Assembly: GCA_964533855.1 (NCBI GenBank)
Contig: CAZHNM010000011.1
Location: forward strand, 6,293-70,292
DNA length: 64,000 bases
Direction: 5' to 3'
Source: an uncultured Brevinematales bacterium
Lineage (GTDB): Bacteria; Spirochaetota; Brevinematia; Brevinematales; JAOACQ01
The position numbers and the translations under genes were made by a program. The first letter of the stretch is position 1; each line of letters opens with the position of its first letter. The notes under the pieces are model-generated. The model was not told the DNA's origin and ran no database searches. It worked only from the letters and a program-made list of their open reading frames with translations. Below are positions 52,299 through 61,718 of this stretch, piece by piece.

Positions 52299-53248
52299 AA
52301 TATTTTGTCACCGGCGGAGCCGGGTTTATCGGAAGCAGCATCACGGACAGGCTTCTTGCAGACGGCCACTCTGTGAGCGTTTACGATAATTTTTCCACGG
52401 GTCTCCCCGAGTTTTTAGTAAAAGCGAAAGAGAGCGGCAGTTTCAGGCTCTTCGATGGCGACCTGTTAGACCCCGAAAAGCTGTCCGGGGCGATGGAGGG
52501 TTGCGATTTTGTAATACATTTTGCGGCAAACGCGGACGTAAGGTTCGGGACCGAGCATCCGGGGAAAGACCTTAACCAGAACATCATAGCGACTTTTAAC
52601 GTCCTGGAGGCCATGAGGAAGAACGGCATCGGGAAAATCGCGTTTTCCTCCACGGGGTCCATATACGGCGAATCGAAGACGATTCCGACCCCTGAGAACG
52701 CACCTTTTCCTGTCCAGACATCCCTTTACGGAGCTTCCAAATTGTCGGGAGAGGGCCTGATACAGGCTTACTGCGAGGGTTTCGGATATAAAGCCTGGAT
52801 ATTCAGGTTCGTATCAATCCTCGGGGAAAGGTACACTCATGGCCATATTTTCGATTTTTACAGGATGCTGCTGAAAAATCCAGCCGAACTGAAAGTCCTC
52901 GGGAACGGCAGGCAGAGGAAATCATATTTATACATCCAGGACTGCATCGACGCGATCTTTTTCGCGCTTGAAAAAGCTGATGAAAAGGTTAATATTTTCA
53001 ATCTTGGGACCAACGAATACTGCGAGGTCAACAATTCGATCGGCTGGATATCTGAAAATCTCGGCCTTTCCCCCGAGCTCAAATATACGGGAGAAGACCG
53101 TGGCTGGATCGGGGATAATCCTTTTATATTCCTCGATTGCTCTAAAATCAACAAACTCGGCTGGACCCCGAAATTAACCATAAAGGAAGCCGTTATTAAG
53201 ACCCTCGAATATTTGAAGGAAAATAAATGGGTCCTGGAAAGGAGATAA
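52295..53248 (+). CDS. NAD-dependent epimerase/dehydratase (extended SDR)
   Basis: VTGGAGFIGSSI Rossmann motif, catalytic YGASKLSGE (YxxxK). 317 aa. Confidence 0.85.
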   Translation: MKYFVTGGAGFIGSSITDRLLADGHSVSVYDNFSTGLPEFLVKAKESGSFRLFDGDLLDPEKLSGAMEGCDFVIHFAANADVRFGTEHPGKDLNQNIIATFNVLEAMRKNGIGKIAFSSTGSIYGESKTIPTPENAPFPVQTSLYGASKLSGEGLIQAYCEGFGYKAWIFRFVSILGERYTHGHIFDFYRMLLKNPAELKVLGNGRQRKSYLYIQDCIDAIFFALEKADEKVNIFNLGTNEYCEVNNSIGWISENLGLSPELKYTGEDRGWIGDNPFIFLDCSKINKLGWTPKLTIKEAVIKTLEYLKENKWVLERR

Positions 53249-53252
53249 GTTC

Positions 53253-54086
53253 TTGGAATCTGTAATTGTTTTCGGCGGAAGCCTGGGAATAGGAAGGGCC
53301 GCAGCGAAGGATTTTTTAGAGAAGGGCTTCAAGGTTTCGGCTTTCGCAAGGAATATGCCGGGCCTCGAATCGCTGCGGGATGAAGCCCGTGAAAGCGGGA
53401 TGTTTATTAATATCATACGGGGCGACGTCGGAAATATGGATGAAGTCGCGGATGCCTTCGATTCCCATAAAAAAGCTTACGGCGAGTATCCCTCTTTCAC
53501 GATAAACGCCGCCGGCATCCAGGGGGCTCTCGGCCCCGCCTGGACATTGTCCCAGGAGGATTTCGAAGCTGTAATAAAAGTCAATCTCACGGGCTGCTTC
53601 AATGTTTCGAAGACAGCAGTTTCAGCCTTGATAGAGGAAAACCGGCCGGGTTCGATCATACATTTTTCGGGCGGAGGCTCATGCAACGCCCGGCCAAATT
53701 TTTCATCCTACGGAGTTTCAAAAACAGGGGTGCTCCGGCTTGTCGAAACTATCGCGGAAGAACTGAAGCTTGCCGGGTATGAAGATATCATTATCAACGC
53801 GGTTGCGCCCGGCGCCGTAAAAACAAGGATGACGGAAGAAGTGATCATTGCGGGCGAAAAGGCCGGCGGCAGCGCCCTCCTGGAGGCGGAGAAAACATCG
53901 GCCGGCGGCGGCACGGACCTGAAGGATGTCATAAAGCTTGTCGGCTTTTTATGCGATAGAAATCAGAACATGGGTATCAGCGGCCGGCTGATCCATTTCA
54001 GGGATGAATACGGGAAATTCGCCCTGGTGCACAGGGGCGCCGCTTACAGGCAGGCCGGGATGCTGCGGAGGATAAAATTAATTTAA
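53253..54086 (+). CDS. Classical SDR family oxidoreductase
   Basis: VFGGSLGIGRAAA (TGxxxGxG-like), YGVSKTGV (YxxxK), NAVAPGAV. TTG start. Confidence 0.8.
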   Translation: MESVIVFGGSLGIGRAAAKDFLEKGFKVSAFARNMPGLESLRDEARESGMFINIIRGDVGNMDEVADAFDSHKKAYGEYPSFTINAAGIQGALGPAWTLSQEDFEAVIKVNLTGCFNVSKTAVSALIEENRPGSIIHFSGGGSCNARPNFSSYGVSKTGVLRLVETIAEELKLAGYEDIIINAVAPGAVKTRMTEEVIIAGEKAGGSALLEAEKTSAGGGTDLKDVIKLVGFLCDRNQNMGISGRLIHFRDEYGKFALVHRGAAYRQAGMLRRIKLI

Positions 54087-54102
54087 ATTACGGGGTTGAC
54101 TG

Positions 54103-55089
54103 ATGAATATAGCTATAATCGGCTGCGGACTGATCGGGGAAAAAAGGGCGCGGGCGCTGGGAGCCATGGGCGGCGGCCATAAGCTCGTGATGGTTTCTGA
54201 CAGGGAAAGGGGAAGGGCTGAAAAAGTCGCCAGGATAAATAAAGAGAACGCCGCTATAGCTTCTTCATGGGAAGAAGCGGCAGCCTGCCCTGACGCGGAC
54301 CTGGTCATAGTTTCGACGTCCAACGATTCCCTGACTGCTGTCGGCATGTACGCGCTCAGGCATAACAAGCATGTCCTGATCGAGAAGCCGGGAGCCAGGA
54401 ATTCTTCCGAGATTGAACCTTTTTACATGGAAAGCCTCGAATCGGACAGGAAGGTGAAAGTCGGCTTCAACCTCCGTTATCATCCTGCAATGCTTAAGGC
54501 CAAGGAGATCGCCTCCTCGCCGGAATTCGGAAGCCTTATGTTCATCCGGGGGCGTTACGGTCATGGCGGCAGGATAGGCTATGACAAAGAATGGCGCGCA
54601 AATCCTGAAATATCGGGGGGCGGGGAGCTCATCGACCAGGGCGTCCACCTGATAGATCTATCCCGCCATTTTATGGGCGATTTTGAAAAGGTCGAGGGCT
54701 TTGCCGAGACATATTTCTGGGATATGAAAGTGGATGATAACGGGTTTATATCCCTGAGAAATCCCGGGAACCGGGCCGCATGGCTTCAGGTCAGCTGCAC
54801 GGAATGGAAGAATATGTTCTGCTTTGAAATATACGGGAAATACGGCAAATTGCAGATCGACGGGCTTGGAGGAAGCTACGGGCTTGAAAGGCTCTCCTAC
54901 TATAAAATGCTTCCCGAGATGGGGCCGCCGCAGACAACGATATGGGAGTATCCCGGCGGCGATCTTTCATGGGACCTCGAATTCAAAGATTTTATTTTTG
55001 CGATAGAGAATGACAGGCCTGTAAACGGAAGCCTTAATGACGCATTCGAGGCTTTGAAAATCGTCGATAAAATCTATGGGAGAATTTAA
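54103..55089 (+). CDS. Gfo/Idh/MocA family oxidoreductase
   Basis: N-terminal IAIIGCGLIGEKRA Rossmann motif and the EKP motif (HVLIEKPGA). 328 aa. Confidence 0.85.
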   Translation: MNIAIIGCGLIGEKRARALGAMGGGHKLVMVSDRERGRAEKVARINKENAAIASSWEEAAACPDADLVIVSTSNDSLTAVGMYALRHNKHVLIEKPGARNSSEIEPFYMESLESDRKVKVGFNLRYHPAMLKAKEIASSPEFGSLMFIRGRYGHGGRIGYDKEWRANPEISGGGELIDQGVHLIDLSRHFMGDFEKVEGFAETYFWDMKVDDNGFISLRNPGNRAAWLQVSCTEWKNMFCFEIYGKYGKLQIDGLGGSYGLERLSYYKMLPEMGPPQTTIWEYPGGDLSWDLEFKDFIFAIENDRPVNGSLNDAFEALKIVDKIYGRI

Positions 55090-56073
55090 ATGATAATAAC
55101 GAGAAGCCCTCTGCGTGTTACCCTGGGCGGCGGGGGGACAGACCTGGCCTCTTACTACAGGGATTTCGGCGGATTCGTGATCGCGGCGGCAATAGATAAA
55201 TACATCTATATCACCCTCCATAAGACTTTCCAGCCGGGATATATAATCAAGTATTCCCTGATGGAAAAAGTTATGGAGATATCCGAAATACAGCATCCCA
55301 TAATCAGGGAGTCCCTGAAGATGCTCGAATTCCAGGATAATTACCTGGAACTCACAAGCATGGCGGATATACCCTCGGGAACGGGGCTGGGCTCCTCGAG
55401 CTCTTTCACGACGGCCCTTCTCAAGGCTCTCCATATGTACAAGAGGGATTTTATACATCCGATGGAGCTCGCGCAGGAGGCCTGCGATATTGAAATCAAA
55501 AGGCTTGGTGAGCCTATCGGCAAACAGGACCAGTTCATTTCCGCGTACGGGGGGCTTACCTGCTTCGAGTTCAACGGGGACGGCAGCGTAAATTCCTACC
55601 CCCTGAGGATTGGCAAAGAGACATTATACGACCTCGAGGACAACCTCCTCCTGTTTTTTACGGGCTTTACGAGGAGCGCGTCTTCGATACTCAAGGACCA
55701 GAACGATAAAAGCAAGGATAATAACAAGGAAATGATAGAAAACCTTCATTTTGTAAAAGAATTAGGCCTGAAAAGCAAGGAAGTCCTCGAGAAGGGCGAT
55801 CTGCAAAAATTCGGCGAACTGCTCAACGTCCATTGGGAGCATAAGAAGAAGAGATCCGGGTCCATCTCGAATCCGAAGATAAACGAATGGTACGACTTAG
55901 CGATGAAAAACGGGGCCGTGGGCGGCAAGCTTATCGGAGCCGGCGGCGGCGGGTTTTTCATGTTCTACGCCCAGGATAAACTCAAGCTCAGGCACACGCT
56001 GATGAAGGCGGGCCTGGAGGAGATACGGTTCAGGTTCGACTTCGAGGGGACAAAGGTAGTAACGGAGTCATGA
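55090..56073 (+). CDS. hddA: GHMP kinase, D-glycero-alpha-D-manno-heptose 7-phosphate kinase type
   Basis: N-terminal MIITRSPLRVTLGGGGTDLASYY (HddA-like) and the GHMP motif PSGTGLGSSSSF. Flanked by gmhA/gmhB/hddC-type genes. Confidence 0.75.
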   Translation: MIITRSPLRVTLGGGGTDLASYYRDFGGFVIAAAIDKYIYITLHKTFQPGYIIKYSLMEKVMEISEIQHPIIRESLKMLEFQDNYLELTSMADIPSGTGLGSSSSFTTALLKALHMYKRDFIHPMELAQEACDIEIKRLGEPIGKQDQFISAYGGLTCFEFNGDGSVNSYPLRIGKETLYDLEDNLLLFFTGFTRSASSILKDQNDKSKDNNKEMIENLHFVKELGLKSKEVLEKGDLQKFGELLNVHWEHKKKRSGSISNPKINEWYDLAMKNGAVGGKLIGAGGGGFFMFYAQDKLKLRHTLMKAGLEEIRFRFDFEGTKVVTES

Positions 56074-56762
56074 TTACCGATATCGCGCTTTTAAGCGGAG
56101 GACTGGCAACCCGGCTTTACCCTGTAACCCGGGATATTCCCAAAGCGATGATAGATATAAACGGCAGGCCTTTTATCCATCACCAGCTGGAATTATTGAA
56201 GAGGAACGGGCTGGAAAAAGTAGTATTGTGCGTTGGATACCTCGGGGATATGATACGCGATTATGCCGGTGACGGGAAAAGTTTCGGGCTCGACATCAGG
56301 TATTCCTATGACGGGGACCGGCTTCTGGGAACGGGAGGCGCGATTAAAAAAGCCTTGAAAGAATTGTCGGGAGAGTTTTTTGTCATGTACGGGGATTCTT
56401 ATCTGCCGGTCGATTTCAGGGCGGTTTCAGAAAGCTTCTCGAAAGACGGGAAAAAGGCCCTGATGACTGTTATCAGGAATAACAACGAATGGGATAAAAG
56501 CAATGTAATTTTTGATAAAGGCGTCATTAAAGAGTATAATAAAAAGATCAGTCTTCCCGAAATGGAATATATAGATTACGGCCTGGGCATAATCAGGAAG
56601 TCCTGTTTCGACGGCCTTAAGGAAAACGAGGCCTGCGACCTGGCGGACATATACCGGGGCCTTGTATCGGAAAATGAGCTTGCGGGTTTCGAAGTAAATG
56701 AAAGGTTTTATGAGATCGGATCCTTTAAAGGAATCGAGGAAACGAAAGAATTTTTAAAATAA
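56070..56762 (+). CDS. hddC: Sugar-phosphate nucleotidyltransferase, D-glycero-alpha-D-manno-heptose 1-phosphate guanylyltransferase type
   Basis: LSGGLATRLYPVTRDIPKAMIDINGRPF (G-x-G-t-R-l motif). 230 aa. ATGA overlap with the kinase. Confidence 0.75.
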   Translation: MITDIALLSGGLATRLYPVTRDIPKAMIDINGRPFIHHQLELLKRNGLEKVVLCVGYLGDMIRDYAGDGKSFGLDIRYSYDGDRLLGTGGAIKKALKELSGEFFVMYGDSYLPVDFRAVSESFSKDGKKALMTVIRNNNEWDKSNVIFDKGVIKEYNKKISLPEMEYIDYGLGIIRKSCFDGLKENEACDLADIYRGLVSENELAGFEVNERFYEIGSFKGIEETKEFLK

Positions 56763-57379
56763 TGGCGGTGAATATGGATATCAGGACATACATGGAAGCG
56801 TACTTCGAAGGCGTAATTAAAATCGCGCAGACCATCGATAAGAACGCGGTGGAAAAAGCCGTGAAAGTCCTCCTCGGGATCAAGAACGGCGGGGGGAGGC
56901 TTTTTATCCTGGGGGTCGGCGGAAGCGCGGGCAATGCCGGGCATGCCGTTAACGATTTCAGGAAACTTGTCGGCCTTGAATCCTATGCTCCCACGGACAA
57001 TGTTTCCGAACTTACGGCCCGCACTAACGATGAAGGGTGGGATACCGTTTTCGAGAAGTGGCTCGAGGGAAGCAGGCTTAAACCGGCCGACGGGATACTT
57101 GTCATTTCGGTGGGCGGGGGAAACGAGGAAAAAAATATAAGCGTCAATATAGTCAAAGCCCTGAAATACGCAAAGGAAACCGGCTCGAAAATCATCGGCC
57201 TTGTCGGCCGTGACGGCGGTTTTACCGCGAAGGTGGCCGACGCGGCAGTGATCATCCCGGTTGTGCGCGATGACATGATCACACCCCTGACAGAGGCTTA
57301 CCATGCCGTTATATGGCACATGTTCGTTTCCCATCCGGAATTAAAAACTTCGAACGCTAAATGGGAGTCGACGAGATAA
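56762..57379 (+). CDS. gmhA: SIS-domain sedoheptulose 7-phosphate isomerase-like protein
   Basis: SIS motif LFILGVGGSAGNAGHAVNDF, about 200 aa. TAATG overlaps at both ends, with hddC and gmhB. Confidence 0.75.
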   Translation: MAVNMDIRTYMEAYFEGVIKIAQTIDKNAVEKAVKVLLGIKNGGGRLFILGVGGSAGNAGHAVNDFRKLVGLESYAPTDNVSELTARTNDEGWDTVFEKWLEGSRLKPADGILVISVGGGNEEKNISVNIVKALKYAKETGSKIIGLVGRDGGFTAKVADAAVIIPVVRDDMITPLTEAYHAVIWHMFVSHPELKTSNAKWESTR

Positions 57380-57960
57380 TGAATAAGGCTATCTTTCTCG
57401 ACAGGGACGGGGTTATAAACAGGCCCGTATTCTCGGGCATCAGAAGCGAATTCGAACCTCCCCACAGGGTTGAGGATTTAAGCCTCTATCCATGGACGCT
57501 TGAGAGTTTGAAAATCGCTCAGGATAACGGTTTTTTGCTATTTATAGTTTCGAACCAGCCCGATTATGCGAAGGGCAAGTGCAGCCTCGAAGATTTGATG
57601 GAGGTTCACAGCAGACTGGATGAAATATTCAGAGCGAACAATATAATATTCAGCGAATATTACTACTGCTATCATCATCCCAACGGTATCGTTGCCGGAT
57701 ATTCCCTGGCCTGCGAGTGCAGGAAGCCCGGGACGTATTTTCTGAAAAAAGCGGAAAAAGAGTATTCGATAGATATGAGCCGCTCATGGATGATCGGGGA
57801 CAGGGAAACGGATATCGCCTGCGGGAAAAGGGGCGGACTCAGGACTATCCTTGTCAAAAGCGAGGAGCAGGCTGCCGGGCAGACCCGCTCCGAAGAAGCC
57901 GATTTTAAAGCGGATAACCTCCTCGACAGCGTGAAACTTATAATAAATTACAAATTTTAA
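57379..57960 (+). CDS. gmhB: HAD-family D,D-heptose 1,7-bisphosphate phosphatase
   Basis: IFLDRDGVIN (DxDGT/V motif), Zn-finger insertion CYHHP...CECRKP, and GDRETDI. ATG 57379 overlaps the gmhA stop by 1 nt. Confidence 0.85.
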   Translation: MNKAIFLDRDGVINRPVFSGIRSEFEPPHRVEDLSLYPWTLESLKIAQDNGFLLFIVSNQPDYAKGKCSLEDLMEVHSRLDEIFRANNIIFSEYYYCYHHPNGIVAGYSLACECRKPGTYFLKKAEKEYSIDMSRSWMIGDRETDIACGKRGGLRTILVKSEEQAAGQTRSEEADFKADNLLDSVKLIINYKF

Positions 57961-57969
57961 AAATAAAGG

Positions 57970-58698
57970 ATGGAAAATATGTTTAAGACTTCCGACTTGA
58001 AGATCAAAATCTTTGCTGACGGCGCGAAACTTGAAGACATGCTTAAAGCCTATAAAGAAGGATGGGTAAGCGGTTTTACGACAAATCCGACCCTGATGAA
58101 GCAGGCCGGGGTAACCGATTACAAGGCCTTCGCCAGGGAGGTGCTCTCGAAGATCACCGATCTCCCGGTCTCTTTCGAGGTATTTTCCGACGATTTTGAA
58201 GATATGGAAATCCAGGCCAGGAAGATAGCCGGTTGGGGAAAAAATGTCAATGTAAAGATCCCCGTAACAAATACCAGGGGCGAGTCTTCGATCCCCCTCA
58301 TTAAAAAATTGAGCGGGAGCGGGATATCGCTTAACATAACGGCAATAATGACCATAGAACAGGTTGAAGAAGTCGCGAAGGCGATAAATCCCGGAATAAA
58401 AAATATCATTTCGATTTTCGCCGGAAGGATAGCGGACACCGGCCGCGACCCTGTCCCTATGATGAAGCGGGCCGTCGAAATCTGCAGGGGCAATACCAAT
58501 GCGCATATCCTCTGGGCAAGCCCCAGGGAGCTTTTGAATATAATACAGGCGGAAGAAGCCGGCTGCCATATCATCACGGTTGCGCCGGATATTTTGAAAA
58601 AGCTGCCGCTGATCGGCAAAGATCTCGGCGAATATTCGCTGGACACGGTGAAAATGTTTTACAGCGACGGGAAAAGCCAGGGATTCAGGATCGAGTGA
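57970..58698 (+). CDS. Transaldolase/fructose-6-phosphate aldolase family protein
   Basis: GFTTNPTLM motif and the Schiff-base Lys context NVNVKIPVT. 242 aa. Confidence 0.8.
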   Translation: MENMFKTSDLKIKIFADGAKLEDMLKAYKEGWVSGFTTNPTLMKQAGVTDYKAFAREVLSKITDLPVSFEVFSDDFEDMEIQARKIAGWGKNVNVKIPVTNTRGESSIPLIKKLSGSGISLNITAIMTIEQVEEVAKAINPGIKNIISIFAGRIADTGRDPVPMMKRAVEICRGNTNAHILWASPRELLNIIQAEEAGCHIITVAPDILKKLPLIGKDLGEYSLDTVKMFYSDGKSQGFRIE

Positions 58699-58804
58699 AC
58701 AGAATAGAGAACGGATATACCGGTTACTGCTATTTGATTTGAGAAAATTCTTCCCTCGTTTTATAATATCTATCTGTATTTTTTATGCCTTAGAGGAGTG
58801 CAAT

Positions 58805-59632
58805 ATGAAAACGATTGACGCATCGAACCTGCATTATAAAGAGCTGAACACGATGATCTTCGATTCGATCAAAGGCGGTGAAAAGCATATCGTTGTCAAT
58901 AATTGCCTGGGCCACAGGTATATAGGCGACGGCCTGTGCGGTGAAGACATCAAGATAGATATTAACGGAACTGCCGGCAACGACCTTGCGGCTTTCATGA
59001 ACGGGCCGACGATACATGTCCATGGCAACGCCCAGGACGGAATAGGCAATACGATGAACGCCGGGAAGGTGTTCGTCGACGGCGATGCGGGCGACGTCCT
59101 CTGCTACGGCATGAGGGGCGGCGAGGTCTATGTCAGGGGCAATGTAGGCTACCGCGTAGGAATACACATGAAAGAATACATGGATTTCATCCCCAAGGCC
59201 GTCATCGGGGGATGCGCAGGGGACTTTTTCGGGGAATATATGGCAGGGGGTTTCCTCGTCATTCTAGGCCTCGATGCGGGAGACAGGCCAATACTCGGGA
59301 AAAATATAGCCACCGGAATGCATGGCGGAAGGGTATATGTCCGCGGCACTGTGGATAAAACAAGAACGGATAAGGCGACCAGGCCGTCCGATATAGACGA
59401 TGAAGACATGAAGATCCTCAAGGCCCTTGTCGGAGAGTTCTGCTCGGCTTTCGGGCTGGACAGCGCTAAAATCCTCAAGGATAAATTCACGAAGCTTACA
59501 CCGTCGAGCAAGAGGCCTTACGGCAAGCATTACACGCCGTTCTGGCATACTATTACCGACAGGAAGATGGTTGTGCCGGGTTCGTACGAAGCCAACGGCT
59601 ATCCCGCCGTCAGGAACATAAGGGAAAGATAA
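58805..59632 (+). CDS. GXGXG-motif protein (glutamate synthase alpha-subunit C-terminal domain / GltB3-like)
   Basis: Repeated beta-helix G-rich turns (INGTAGNDLAAFMNGPTIHVHGNAQDGIGNTMNAGKVFVDGDAGD...GGEVYVRGNVGYRVG). GAGGAG RBS precedes ATG 58805. The track start is further upstream. Confidence 0.8.
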   Translation: MKTIDASNLHYKELNTMIFDSIKGGEKHIVVNNCLGHRYIGDGLCGEDIKIDINGTAGNDLAAFMNGPTIHVHGNAQDGIGNTMNAGKVFVDGDAGDVLCYGMRGGEVYVRGNVGYRVGIHMKEYMDFIPKAVIGGCAGDFFGEYMAGGFLVILGLDAGDRPILGKNIATGMHGGRVYVRGTVDKTRTDKATRPSDIDDEDMKILKALVGEFCSAFGLDSAKILKDKFTKLTPSSKRPYGKHYTPFWHTITDRKMVVPGSYEANGYPAVRNIRER

Positions 59633-59645
59633 ATTTCGGGAGGAA

Positions 59646-61163
59646 ATGATGCTCTATCAGCCGAATGTTACCAATTATTACGATTTCAGGGTTGTAAGAG
59701 ATCAGGATAGATGTATTAAATGCCAGGGCTGCGTGACTCAGTGTTCATACGGCTCAAACTTCTGGGACGGCGACAGGCAGAAGATCGACTCCATCCACAG
59801 CAAATGCGTAGGCTGCCACCGCTGCGAGGCTTTCTGCCCTACGGACGCCATCTCTATACAGCGCAACCCGTCCCAGTTCAGGGAAAACGGGTACTGGTCA
59901 AAGGGAGACATTAAAAACATTTACCTGAATGCAGAATCGGGAGCCATTGTAACGACAGGAATGGGCAACGATCTCAAGACGCAGCCCGTATATTTCGACA
60001 GGATACTCTTCGACGCCTGCCAGGTTACGAACCCGTCGATCGACCCCCTCAGGGAGCCGATGGAGCTGATAACATACATAGGCAACAGGGGAAGGGAGCT
60101 TTCCGGCACAAAAAAGAAAAATTCAGGCAAGAGGACCATAAGGCTCGATGTTCCGATAATGTTCGGCCCTATGTCATACGGCTCAATAAACCTCAACGTC
60201 CAGAAGGCCTTAGCCGCCACCGCGGAAGGGCATGGCACGCTCTGGAGCACGGGAGAAGGCGGGCTTCATAAGGATCTTTACAAGTACGGTCCTAACACGA
60301 TAGTCCAGGTGGCGTCCGGAAGGTTCGGCGTCCATGAAGAATACCTCAAGGCCGGCGCGATGATCGAGATCAAGATCGGACAGGGCGCCAAGCCCGGCAT
60401 CGGCGGGCATCTCCCCGGCGAAAAAGTCGTGGCGGATGTTTCAAGGACAAGGATGATCCCGCTAGGCAGCGACGCGATTTCGCCCGCCCCCCACCATGAT
60501 ATATATTCTATCGAGGACCTCAGGCAGCTTATATACGCCCTCAAAGAGGCGACAAGGTATGAAAAGCCTGTCGGAGTCAAGGTCTCTGCAGTGCATAATA
60601 TAGCCGCGATCGCTTCGGGGATCGCGAGAGCGGGAGCGGATATAATAGTGATCGACGGGTACCGCGGCGGCACAGGGGCTACCCCCCTTATCGTCCGCGA
60701 CCATACAGGCATACCAATAGAACTTGCGATAGCCGTTGTCGACGAGAGATTACGGGCGGAAGGGATCAGGGAAAACGTCGGATTGGTCGCCGCGGGCGGA
60801 ATCAGGAGCGCGGCGGATGTGCTGAAATCTATCGCTCTTGGCGCCGACGCCGTTTACATATCCACAGCCGCCCTGATATCCGTGGGCTGCACTCTCTGCC
60901 AGCAGTGCCATACAGGCCGCTGCGCATGGGGCATCACGACCAACGACCCGTATCTGGCGAAAAGGCAGAACCCGGAAATTGCGGCGGAATTAGTTTCCAA
61001 TCTTTTAGGCGCCTGGGAGATTGAAATGAGGGAAGTACTTGGAAGCATGGGCCTTAACGCCATTGAAAGTCTCAGGGGCAACAGGGAAAGGCTCCGCGCA
61101 GTGGGTATGACTGAAAGCGAAATGCAGGTCCTGGGCCTCAAGCAAGCCGGCCTGGGAATGTAG
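59646..61163 (+). CDS. Glutamate synthase FMN-binding domain protein (GltB2-like) with N-terminal 4Fe-4S ferredoxin motifs
   Basis: CIKCQGCVTQC and CVGCHRCEAFCP at the N-terminus. GltS_FMN signatures KIGQGAKPGIGGHLPG, ISPAPHHDIYSIEDL, VIDGYRGGTGATP and the 3Fe-4S-region-like CTLCQQCHTGRC. Confidence 0.85.
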   Translation: MMLYQPNVTNYYDFRVVRDQDRCIKCQGCVTQCSYGSNFWDGDRQKIDSIHSKCVGCHRCEAFCPTDAISIQRNPSQFRENGYWSKGDIKNIYLNAESGAIVTTGMGNDLKTQPVYFDRILFDACQVTNPSIDPLREPMELITYIGNRGRELSGTKKKNSGKRTIRLDVPIMFGPMSYGSINLNVQKALAATAEGHGTLWSTGEGGLHKDLYKYGPNTIVQVASGRFGVHEEYLKAGAMIEIKIGQGAKPGIGGHLPGEKVVADVSRTRMIPLGSDAISPAPHHDIYSIEDLRQLIYALKEATRYEKPVGVKVSAVHNIAAIASGIARAGADIIVIDGYRGGTGATPLIVRDHTGIPIELAIAVVDERLRAEGIRENVGLVAAGGIRSAADVLKSIALGADAVYISTAALISVGCTLCQQCHTGRCAWGITTNDPYLAKRQNPEIAAELVSNLLGAWEIEMREVLGSMGLNAIESLRGNRERLRAVGMTESEMQVLGLKQAGLGM

Positions 61164-61171
61164 GAGGAAAT

Positions 61172-61702
61172 GTGAAAAGAGTTTATCCTGTCGAGGATTT
61201 CTGCGTAGCTTGCCACCTCTGCGAAGTGGCATGCATTGTAGAGCATTCGAAATCAAAGAATTTATTTTACGCCTTTTCTGAAAAACCGAAGGTGAATTCT
61301 AAAATAGAAGTTGAAATGGAAGGCCCCCTTTCATTTTCCGCGAACTGCAGGATCTGCGAGCATGCGGAATGCGTCGAAGCATGCCCCGTCGCGGCAATGT
61401 GGCGCGACGACACAACCGGGCTTGTCAGGGTGGAAGATAAGCGCTGCATAGGCTGCTGGATGTGCATCATGGCATGCCCCCAGGGTTCGATCACGAACCG
61501 CCAGGACAGGGATGAAGGCCTCCGGGTCGCCGACAAGTGCGATCTCTGCGCCGGAAGGGACTCGGGCCCCGCCTGCGTCGAAGCATGCCCGAACAACGCC
61601 CTGCTCTATGAAGACAGGGATGAGTCGGCTAAAGACCTGCGCACAATGAAGGGATCGATGCATGTCTTTATAGAAAGCGACGATTCCGCGAACCAGGATT
61701 AA
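61172..61702 (+). CDS. 4Fe-4S dicluster (polyferredoxin-like) protein
   Basis: Four Cys clusters (CVACHLCEVAC; CRICEHAECVEACP; CIGCWMCIMACP; CDLCAGRDSGPACVEACP). AGGAGG RBS precedes GTG 61172. Confidence 0.8.
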   Translation: MKRVYPVEDFCVACHLCEVACIVEHSKSKNLFYAFSEKPKVNSKIEVEMEGPLSFSANCRICEHAECVEACPVAAMWRDDTTGLVRVEDKRCIGCWMCIMACPQGSITNRQDRDEGLRVADKCDLCAGRDSGPACVEACPNNALLYEDRDESAKDLRTMKGSMHVFIESDDSANQD

Positions 61703-61718
61703 CGGAGGAAAGACAGCA

